A stretch of 64,000 bases of DNA, taken from Raillietiella orientalis. Its lineage: Eukaryota. The notes below the pieces were generated by a model. The model saw only the letters and a list, made by a program, of their open reading frames with translations. It was not told the DNA's origin and ran no database searches. The stretch spans positions 124,001 to 188,000 of the forward strand of contig JAYWIR010000028.1 in NCBI GenBank assembly GCA_036172245.1, read 5' to 3'. Positions 27,501 through 38,364 of this stretch are shown here, in pieces (the first letter of the stretch is position 1; the number at the start of each line of letters is the position of its first letter). A program made the translations under genes and the position numbers.

Positions 27501-29192
27501 TTCCCTTTTCTGGGCAATGGAGTAACTGTGAAAGAAATGCGCTGTCGGAGTATGTTTTATGGATCTTTAGGCAGATTGTTGTTGGTTGAACTTGGAGAGG
27601 ATGAAGAGAAGTTTGAAGCTTTTATGCTACCTGTCACTGGTAAATTGTTGTGATCATTCATTGTATCAGCAATGTGGTTTTTTGCACTATAGCGGCCTTT
27701 GAATCTGTGGTTGCTTTGATGGGCAACACTGAGGCAGCACTATTCCATTGTGAAGAAAATCGCAAGAGTCTCATTGGCTTGTCACGGGATTTGAGAGGGA
27801 TTGCTTTTGCTCTTAACACTAAAGTTTCTTATGCTATGCTGTTCGATTGGATGTAAGATCAACTCTAAAAAAACTGATAAATTAATAATTTTTAAGGTAT
27901 CCTACATACACTGCTGTGCTGTTGCGTGCCATTGAACTGTGGTATTTGGATCCAGAAGTGACCACTCCTGTTCTGAAGTTGTATAGTGAGTTGGTACAAA
28001 ACCGATCCCAAAGACTACAGTTTGATGTGTCATCACCAAATGGTATTCTTTTATTTAGGGAAGCTAGCAAGATAATCTGTGCTTATGGTAAGATATAGTT
28101 GCTGTGTACTTGTTTTATTTTTTTATTTTTTTTGCTTCAGGATCTCGTATTTTAACTTTAGGTGAAGTCTCCAAAGAACAAATTTATTCTTTAAAACTGA
28201 AAGGCATTAGCATTTGTTTTTCCATGCTTAAAGCTGCTTTGTGTGGCTCATATGTCAACTTTGGTGTCTTTCGCCTGTATGGAGACAATGCTTTGGATAA
28301 TGCTCTGCATATTTTTGTCAAGCTTTTACTGTCCATTCCACAAAGTGACCTTCTCGTGAGTGCATTGCATACCAAGTCTATGACCCCACTGGCTGAGCTA
28401 GGATTACTAGGATTATCCCAAACTAAGCCAGACATACTATGTGCTGTTGGAATGTTTGGCCCAAGATCATATGAGCTTCATAGCTTCACTTGAGCCTCCA
28501 GTGTTCCTGTACATTTTATCTTCTATTTCGGAAGGATTAACTGCATTAGGTACTGGTTCAGTGAAAAAAAAAAGAAAAAGAAAAAGAAACACACATTATT
28601 ATGGTTTTTCTCAGATACAACTGTATGCACTGGATGCTGTGCTACTCTGGATCATATTGTCACATTTTTGTTCAAACAATTACAGCAGAAAAACAAGAAA
28701 ACGCGTACAAACATGGTACATGGTGCCGATGGGGAGAGGTTTTTGCAGATTTTGAAGTTGCATCCTGAGATTTTACAAAATATGATGACCACGGTGTTAA
28801 ATGTGATAATGTTTGAAGATTGCCGTAATCAGTGGTCTATGTCACGACCTCTCTTAGGCCTTATCTTACTAAATGAAGAGGTTGGATTTTTCTTCAATTT
28901 CCAAAATCTGTCTTTTAGTATTTCAGCCAACTCCGTGAGAACATTATTCGGAGTCAGGCTTTGGAAAAGCAGTCCTTTATGGCTCAGTGGTTTGACAGTT
29001 TAATGGAAGGCATTGAAAGAAATCTGCTCACCAAAAATAGAGACAAGTAAGGAAAATGAGACACTAAAAGTATATTGGCCTTGTTTTCCCAGATTTACAC
29101 AGAATATTTCTGTTTTTAGACGTGATATAAATGATTTTTTAAAATGTACTTCTTCAAATACTACAGGTATCAGTGAGATGATGGTTTTATAG
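24586..29192 (+). CDS. XPO7: Exportin-7 / RanBP16 (importin-beta family nuclear transport receptor); short start exon not located
   Basis: Exons 24586-24826, 25342-25508, 25554-25778, 25824-26024, 26072-26191, 26233-26379, 26427-26599, 26644-26943, 26992-27109, 27161-27252, 27301-27445, 27492-27639, 27693-27852, 27897-28087, 28141-28355, 28411-28549, 28615-28880, 28919-29046 and 29093-29192. All introns are GT-AG and in phase, giving 1091 aa. Diagnostic segments: [14 protein letters not shown] start, [105 protein letters not shown]. Confidence 0.96.
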
Positions 29193-29219
29193 AATTGTTA
29201 CATAAATTAAGTGTTTAAA

Positions 29220-29225
29220 AATAAA
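29220..29225 (+). promoter_or_regulatory. Candidate polyadenylation signal of XPO7
   Basis: AATAAA lies 28 nt after the TAG stop and is followed by a T/GT-rich stretch. Confidence 0.55.
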
Positions 29226-31692
29226 ATTTCTCTTTCAACTTTGTGGTGTCCTCATTAATACTGAGGTTTGTTTTTACAGAACTATGAATCCCTGCAAAAT
29301 GTGGAAATGAGATACATTCATTTTTCTTGTGTACATAATTTCGCATTATTGGGTTGCAGATCCCTTGTTTGTCATGCTATAACTAGGCTTGTATCCATTA
29401 AGAAAACTGATTTTTGTGTAAAACCTGTTCCTGCAGAAAATGTTCTGCATAGGCATTTTTGCACTTGCATTGATTGTAGCAATGTTGAAGTTCCAGAATT
29501 TTCGATTGTTATTGAGATAGTTTTGGCATTGCTCTCCAGTGGTTTGGGATTCATTTCTGTCACAAGCGTTAACGATTGGTTATGAAGAGCTTCCAAAATG
29601 AGATACAATCAATGCAAATAAATCAAAAGAGGGATCGGAGGAATGCATTTCGGCCAGATAAAATCTTCGTTGTTTGAATAACAGTTTTTATTTTTATTTT
29701 TTTGGATCTTGGATGCATCAGAAAGGTGAATGTCAGTGTTTTGTTTCCATATTAATTTCGTGTTCTCCATCTGGCTGAGCTTGAATAGATGTGTTGGGTA
29801 GCGAAACTTGAGGTGGTTACATGTTAGTGTCCCCAAGCGTGTTTGCGCGCGCTCCTATGCACGCTCAAGAGTTCAAATTTTTCATTTCTGAAGAAAGTCG
29901 GAAATTATTGCTTCCATTTGCAAATCAGACGTGAAATCCACTTTAATACTATGAAGCAACAAATCCATCCGTAAGTGAAATGTGGCCTGAGTGAAGACTA
30001 AACGTTTTCCACCTTCAATCATGCGTTGAAAGTGTTAGTATTGTATTTTTATCGTTCCAAATTTGTTTTAAATATCAGTTTTTGCTACCAAGTTCCACTC
30101 CTAGCATCGACTTGTGTAAAAATCGGTGCCCTAAGCAATGTTGCAGGTGGATTCATATCTGTACGAAATATGGGCATTTTAGAATATAAATACTTTTTCG
30201 TTTTTACACCAGAAAGCCATCGAATTTCTCTATAAAAGGCATGTAAAAATTCTGACCCCTCACAGGGTTTAGCACAGGATGTACAAACCAACTCCGAGCT
30301 ATTTTTTGTGATAGTAATTATTTTCATGGTTTTACTGATCGCCTCATTCGATTTGCGCCCATGGCTTCAAACAAAAATATGGCTATTTAAACTTAAGTGG
30401 TTGAAAATTGCTGAAGACTTTCTTTCCTTCGTCTACGAAGAAAAAATATTTGTACTTAGGCTGTAATAGTTTGCTCATCATCGAGGCATGCTATTCCCTT
30501 TTTCATTCCTAGGAAAACTTTAAAACAATTTCTCAGAGCTGCCTTTGAGTTCTCGAGTGTTATCAAATTCTTTACAGTTTGAAGCAGGCGAAAGAAAGAC
30601 ATTAATTGGGTTTCACATTTATCTTTAGTCTTAGAGAAGGGTACTTTCTATTACTTTTATTAATATCCGATGATTCTACGTTTTTCCCTGAAAGGTAATG
30701 CATTCATTTAATGAAACAGTTTGGTCACTAAATATAATCGCCACAACCTCACCTGAAGACGATATGATTAGTAGTTCACCAGTGTTATAGGAGGACTATT
30801 ATTTTTTCACTTTAACGTAAAAAAAAATGGTAATTCCAGAATATGGAAATATTTTTCAGTAATTTAAGATATAGTTTTTATCCACTTATAAGTAATTTAT
30901 TTTAATTTTGTTTGAGATAACGTTCACGTATCTCCCATAGGCTTACGATTAAGGATTCATAACTGGATGAGGAAGGTTACATTAAGAGTTCGGATATTTT
31001 TATTTGAATTAGATACCCAGAAATCAACATAAAATAGCTACAGCAGACGATTTGTTCTTATCTCTATACATTTGTTGTTGAGAAGTTTAGGTTTTTGAGA
31101 ACACCAAATGCCTGGAATCAAATGCCTTAGTGGACAGATCAAATCACTTCAGTTTTATTAAGTTTAATCATCAGCTTTTAAATAAATAAATAAACACTAT
31201 GAATTATATCCCTATACTGAACGTCACTTTTTAAAGTATTCAAGATAAATTTTGATCGAGCGGTCGGGTCAAAACTTCCAATCATACATTTAAAATAGAG
31301 ATTCGTTCGTGATCAAATAATGAAACTAAACACACATTAAGTAAATTGCTTATGTATTATATACTTCATGATATAAGAGATATTACATAAGATATTCTAA
31401 GAATTCATAGAGCATTCTATCATGAAATATTGATAGATTTTTTGGCTACATTCTTTTGGAGCAATATAAAAAATGAATTTATTAGAACTTTTTTCATGTG
31501 TGCAGTTGGAAACTCTGTATTGTTGCCACCGTGGTTCTTTGAAGTAAAATGCGGTATGTTTTACACAGACGTATGAAATGTTGTGCAGAAACTATCTTGG
31601 GATTGCAAGCGTTTAATAAACAGAGATTAGATTTTCATGTTGTTACTTAAATATCCATTATAAAAACCTTCAAGGTAGATACACATCAAACC

Positions 31693-34600
31693 ATGGATGT
31701 GCAAATGATGATAATCGGAGGAATCGCCTTAGCTTCTTTTGTAATATTTTCATTTATTATATACGTGATGTTGACTATTTTAACCCGAGAAAAATCATAT
31801 GAAGAAGTATTAGGACAACAGAGGAAAAAACTTGAAGAAAATAATTGGATAAGTACGTCCGGGAAGGGATCAAAAAAAAAGAAGCATCAAGACGCCCCCA
31901 CAAGATTAGTAGCAAAGTTAAAAATAGAGGATGAAGAAGTTTCTCATGTAAGTCAAAATCAGAAAAAGAAAAAACAAAAAAGTCAAACTGAATCTAACAA
32001 TCCGGCAAAAGTACCTGAGCCGTCACAAGTGCAAACAAAAAGTGCAGCAGAAATTGTTGACAGCAAAAGTGACAAGGCTACCAAGGCCACAAAAAAACAA
32101 AAGCAGGAAATCTTGGTTTCCAAAGAAAACGAAAAAAAAACTAGTGAACTGAATACTTCATTACCAGATTCATCCACAAAAGTTTCAGCTAATAAGAATC
32201 CTGAGCCAACAGTAACCACCAACAAGAAATTAAGTAATGTATCCGATAAAATTGCCCAGAAAAAACAAGGAAATCTAACAAACCAAAAGAAGGAGGTTCC
32301 TACGATGGCTCCAAGTGATGATTCATCAAAAAATGTAGAAAAATCTTCAGATACCAAAAATGATACTCTACAAGAAAAAAAGAAGTTACCCAAAAAAGGA
32401 AATGGAGTTAAAGAAATGAAGGATGTGCAGAAAAACGTTTTAGAGCACGATGAGTCCTCCAAAGTTGATAAGGAAACTTCAGTCGTATCAAATAAGAAAT
32501 TGGTGGTTTTGAAAACAGACTTGAAAGCCACTCAAGCTGTTCCAGAGAAGAAGGTAAGCTACATACACAGCATGTTAATATAGCAAAAAAACAAAAAAAA
32601 ATCATTTGAGTGATCCTGTTTGATAAAGACAAAGCATGTGAGGAATGTTTATGTTTTCAAACATATTCTGTTTGTATATAATTTCTCAGTAACTATAGTA
32701 CAGTAGATTGATATGCCAATACAAATGAATAATAAGTAAAGTAATGCTGAAGTACGAGTACAAGTTGTGCATGAGATTCTTAGTGTTACAGAGGTTCATG
32801 GATCATTGACTTGTGAGTGCTTAAATTACATTATCTCTAGAGGAGTATATTACATCTTAGTCTCATTACTTTCATTTCAAAGTTGACTGATTGTTTATTA
32901 GTATATGTTTGACTGCACATATCTTGTCAACTTTTTATTTCTAAATATGTTTCCCATCCTTCTGATAGAAAGTAAATAAGGTTCAAGAAGCTCATAATCA
33001 GGCTGAAAAAAAGGATCTTCCAAACAAACCTGCAGCAATTGTTCAGCCAGTGATTACTTTAGTTGAAACGAATCTTCCTAATAATTTTTATAACAACAAG
33101 GTAAAAAATATGAATTCCTTGTGTGCCAAAGATGGAGACACAGAAGCATCCTTATTGTCACGCCTGGGTAAAAAAAAGAAGAATGAAAAGTTTATTACAG
33201 GTTTTGGAGAGAAAACTTGCAGCATTGTTATTAGCTTTCTAATTTTTAGATGAGAACACACCTCTTGCTGGAACCTGTATAATTCCAGCTCTTAAAGCAG
33301 CAGCACTTAGTGATAAAGAAATCCAAATCCTTATAGAAATTCTTTTGAATAAACAACAGGAAATTACTCCAAAAGATTCAGATTGGATTCAGGTATATAA
33401 TCCTGGTTATGAAAATTGATTATTGACTGATGGTGATATGGAGATTTTGAATGAGGTGCAACTTAAGGATTGAGTTCTTATTAGCTCAAGATTATTTAGA
33501 TGCTCAATTATGTTGTTTATTTCAAATAATTATCAAAGGTATCTCGTTGTTTACATACATGGTCATCAGCGATATCAGAGTTTTTTCTGGTTTCTTTATT
33601 GCCTTTTTAATTTTAATGAAATAATCATGCATACTTATTTCTGATATTCTTCAAATGTTTATTGAATTTAGAAGAAGCTATGTCTTTTCGTGTTTGGTTT
33701 AGAAAATACTTTTAACAAAATGTCTAGTTGATTGTTAGGAGAGAGTAAGAAATCAGTGAAGTCTTTGTTTGATGTTTTGTTTTCATTCATTGAATTAAAT
33801 TATTTTTCATCCAACTAACTATTCAAGAGTGCTTTAGGACATCTTTATTATGCTGCAAGATCTAATTGAAAGGTTGTAAGGTAATGCATTTATTAGACTG
33901 GCCATCGGTTAGATGAAGTTACTCATCTTCGCCATCAGTTAGAAGATGCAGAAACATTGCTTAAAGAAGCAAGAAGTCATGCTAGTACAGCTGTGATAAA
34001 GCTTAAGGAAATTCGCCATGAGTTGAATCAAGAAAAAATTAAGAATGGACAGGTAACATACTTGTTGTTATGAAGCTTTTAATGTGGGTATTTGTGGTAG
34101 ATGGAACGAGCCTTTAGGGAAGAGTTGAATAAACGTCAACAGGAATACAATGCTACCAAAGCAAAACTCGATCATGTCCAACAGCAGTATATGACTGAGA
34201 TGAAATCAATGCAAGCAAAGATTCAGCAATTTCAAGTTAAGAGAAATGAAGAGCAACTAGCACTGCAAAGACTTCAGGAAGAAAATAATGCACTGCAAGC
34301 TCAGCTTGTTATGATAGATAGTGATCGTAATCATGCAGCCAATGAGCTTGACGAGAGAGCAAAGGAACTTAATTGCCTTCATCAAGAGTTGGAACACTTT
34401 AAAAACAAAGAAACAGAATTCTGCCAGATTCAAGCAGAATTAAAGCAGCAGCTACAAATTCAACACCAGCAGTTGGAAACATACAAGCATGATATAGAGC
34501 TGCTACGCTCCCAGTTGGAGAATGCTGTTTTTGAGCTTAAAGCAGGACAGGATCTCCAGCAGAATTCTGAAACAGAAAATAATTTGCTGCAACAAAAGTT

Positions 34601-36011
34601 AGAAAAGACAAGCAAGATCATGCAACAATTTCAGCAACAATTGGAGGTCAGTTTACATGTTTGCTGGCTTACAAGAAGAGATGTTTTTGCGATTTGACTT
34701 AATTCCTCATTTGTATATCTATAGGAAACTAGAATGGATGAAAGCAAAACTAAATGTCTATTGAATGAGTATAAAGAAATGTGGGAATCTTTACGTGTTC
34801 AGCTCAAGGGAAAGCAAGAAGAGCTTGTTCAGGCAAAGCAACAGATTGCTCATCTAATCCAAAAAAACAGGTAAAGCTATATATCTTAGCTTTTCATGAA
34901 AATTAGCAAATAAAGGGAAACATGCAATGAAGATTGTGAAAACCTCAAAATGGAACTTGATCTTGCAAAGCAGAAAAATGAGGTAAGTCATGTAGTGTAT
35001 GTAGTGTACACTCTTTTATTGCCTGTAGGCACTTTGCTGTGAAAATGAGAAATTTAAGGAAGCTATAGTGGCTTCTGAGAATCATATAGACTTCATGAAG
35101 GAAGAGATGCATGCAAAATTCTTGGAAAATGAAAAGAAACGAAACTCCAGCATCCAGAAAGTTTTTCACGATCTTTTCCCTTCAATAACAGTAGAAGAAC
35201 AAGTGAGAATCAGCCAAATCTGCATCTTATTCATGATATGCTAAGGGTGAAGATTGGCTACCAGCATCCCATGTTGGAACCAAAGATGTGCTTGAAGAAT
35301 TGGTGCCAGTTACCTATCACAACGAACTATCTCAACATGAAGGTGCTACTCATGTTCGACAGGCTTTGACAAATACGGTAAGGACTTTGAAGAAAAAGCT
35401 TGTTGTGGTACTTATTTGAATTGCAGGAAACTTTATTGCATCATCTTCAGAAGAGAGCTGAGTTAGAAGAAGCAAAATGGAAAGCGAATTTCAAATCTTT
35501 AGCAGAAGAGCACGATCATTTGTTGAATAACGCAAAGCAGAGTTCACAGCTGATAGAAGAGTTGCAGGTGAGCAGAACAGACTATATGTCATGATTGTTT
35601 GCTGCTTCTCAGTTTGAATAATTAATATCAATTCCAAGGCTGAATTACAAGCAGAAAGAAACAACAAACATCATCTTCAAACTCAGTTGGAAGATGCTAA
35701 GCAGGACTGTGCCCTTTTTCGAAAGAAGCTGGATACAATGCAAAATGTATGTGTTCTAGTGTTCTTTAATGTTTGTGCTTAAGTTGTTTTCATTCCGTTA
35801 AAAGGAAATTAATTTGATGCGCATAAATGTGGAAAACCATAAGAAAGAAAGGGAACAAATTTATCAGAATGTAGAAGTTTTATGTATTTCACAAAATGAT
35901 TGTCCGGATGGCATAAAAGATACACCAGGAGATATGAAGGTTAGAGCAACTAAACATATGTTTCTTAACTGGCCCACGAAAGGCAAAGAGACTTCTCATT
36001 CTTATTCTTGA
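31693..36011 (+). CDS. RRBP1: Ribosome-binding protein 1 (p180)/kinectin family ER membrane coiled-coil protein
   Basis: Exons 31693-32553, 32969-33200, 33250-33392, 33897-34052, 34101-34646, 34725-34870, 34916-34982, 35029-35202, 35246-35377, 35427-35567, 35639-35746 and 35805-36011, about 970 aa. The last exon and a possible extra 51-nt intron at 33050-33100 are uncertain. Features: N-terminal TM helix, EKSYEEVLGQQRK, a Lys-rich low-complexity region, LSDKEIQILIEILLNKQ..W, a long coiled coil, DLFPSITV and TETLLHHLQKRAELEEAKW. RRBP1 versus KTN1 orthology cannot be resolved by eye. Confidence 0.85.
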
Positions 36012-38329
36012 ATTTCCCCTAAATTTGTGATCTTGAAAAGCTATTTGTGAGGTGTTTTACGTTTGATCAAAAAAATTTTGGTTACCACAGTCTTTTCATA
36101 CGTATTGAGTTTCCACAGGTACAGATTATTTTTTTTTGTCAAGATCTTACATGTGTGATAGGGTGTTGGTTCAGGAAGGAGATTCGTATGTTATTGTTTG
36201 ACTTTTTATTTGTAAGTGTTTGATATTGATGTTTTCTTCACAGTGTCTGCCCAATGAATTTTTCATTTTTTTTATGCATTATTAAGTTCACGTCCATTTA
36301 GAAAAAAGTCGTTTCCAATGTTTCTTCACTCAGCAGACTTTCGTCTTTATCCGAGAAACACGGCCTATGAGCCAGTAGGCCATCATTTGAGCTCCATTTC
36401 ATGTACAATTATGTGTATTTCGTAAGTAAACAGCCACCATGCGAAGTCATATTGCATGAATCGCGAAAAAATAAGGTTTGGACAAAGTATGCTTAGAGGA
36501 CACTGATCTCTTCGTGGGGATGGTGCTGTATGGAAGTTGTAGGGAATTCCCTTTGCAAGGAGACCCTCATTTCGTTAGTTCGAATTCAACTAACGAAAAT
36601 CGTGAGGTATGAAGCAAAAAGATGCTGTTGCAACACTGTTGGAAAAGCGTGGATGGTTTCGATGATTTTCACGTGTCCTAAGAGTAAAACCAAATGGTAA
36701 AGCAAACGGTGATGCACACCCTAAACTCGTGCGTGCTCGTGTTATGCCTGCCAGGTGGCTGCATGTCCACAGTCGTGGCCAGCAGAAGGGAAAGATTAGC
36801 CACAGATTTTGCAAATGGGAACTCTCCGACTTAATGACTTAATTAATGGGAAACGAAACCAACCCGCTTTGCCGGTCGGGTCACTTCCGGGTATTTGAAG
36901 CGTGCCGAGTGGAGATGCAAGGGATCATGGGATGGTGGCACATTTCGGGAGTCTGTCCCGCAGCCTGGGGGTGGAAAGATCCCGCGTTGTGCGGGGAAAA
37001 AAAAATCGTAGGGACGAGCACCGCGGCACAAATTTCATTCGAAGGTCTCCCATTCGTGCGCCGTGAAATGGGGTGAATTCAGGTGTACACCGTGAACGTG
37101 GGAATTGAGTTCATTGCGCAGGTGGAGTACCGAAACGAGAGGGTGGGGGGTGCCCCGTGGGCCCCCGGGGTGATTCCGGTCGGGTCAGTTCCGCTCATCG
37201 CCACCCTTCCTCTACGCCATTCGTGTTGCGCTTCCTTTCCTGACCCCGGTCGGGCGGAAGAAGCCTGCCGCCGCTTGTCCCCAGGTGTACACGTTGTGTA
37301 CGAGGCGTGCCGTCTCCCGTCGTTCCATCGCGTCCTGCCTGCACGCCGCGTGCGTGCGTGTCCGCGGGTGTCGAAGTTCCCGTCCGACCCCCATCGATCC
37401 CGCCCTGTCATCTCCTCCCCGTCACCCATTGCACCGTCTTCGGCGTTTTCGATTTGATCTTCCAAAGTTTTGCTGTGTGTTTTTCCTTTTCTTTCTTTTC
37501 CTTTCCAGATCGATGTGAGCAATTAACCTTTACGGCCTCCGTCAGCGGCCGAATCGACGTGTGCTCCTTAAAGGATCCAACAAATATGCAATGGAAAATT
37601 TCCACTCCCACTTCGTCAGCGGACAGACTGAATCACTCTGTGCAGAAAAAAACTGACCTTCAGCCTTCGTGTAGTACATTTCAAAGCGTTTCTCATTCGT
37701 TTGTGCCCACAAGTTTTTCCATTACGTGAGAACCCAGGAAGACTGCTGATAGATGTAGTTCGTAGTTCTGTTGAGCAAAGCAGTTTTCGATTTTGTGGCA
37801 TCAGACGTATGTCGTGCACGGCAGCCATCTCGAAAATGCCCATAATAAATGGTTTCATGAACGCATGGAAATGTCTTTCAAGTGCAGCCATCGGAAAGGT
37901 TCCATCGTGCAAGCGCCGAGCGCCGTCGCGTGCCTTCTGCCAATGGGAGCGCCGCGCTGGCACGCGATCCTCGTTCTGGCGGGCATTCTGCAACTGTAAA
38001 TGTCGTGTACACAAGCGAGTGTATACACGCCCGCGCCTTAACTGTTCCTTGTAAGGATGCCGCGTCCTCGTACCATCGCCTATCGCACTGCGCTTATATG
38101 TGCGGCTGGAGAATGGTCGTGCGGGGGAGGGGGTGCTTCGAACAAGGTCGGGCACAAGGGTCGCTTCAGGCAAAACAGGTCGGAGGGGGGGGGGGGTTGC
38201 GGCGATTTTTCGCCATGCTCTGTGCTTATGCAATGGCGGATTTGCATAAGTTTACTTTTTGCCTTTGAGGGAAGAGAGCATTAAGGCTGTGCTCATAACA
38301 GATCTCGAGAGAAAATGCGAATTTAAACT

Positions 38330-38331
<2 letters not shown>

Positions 38332-38363
<32 letters not shown>
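38332..38363. repeat. (GT)n microsatellite followed by a poly-G run
   Basis: About 16 GT units read directly. Confidence 0.9.

Positions 38364-38364
<1 letters not shown>

Noticed and set aside
31983..32531. 182-aa minus-strand hydrophobic ORF
   Set aside because: Antisense shadow of the Lys-rich first exon of the RRBP1-like gene.
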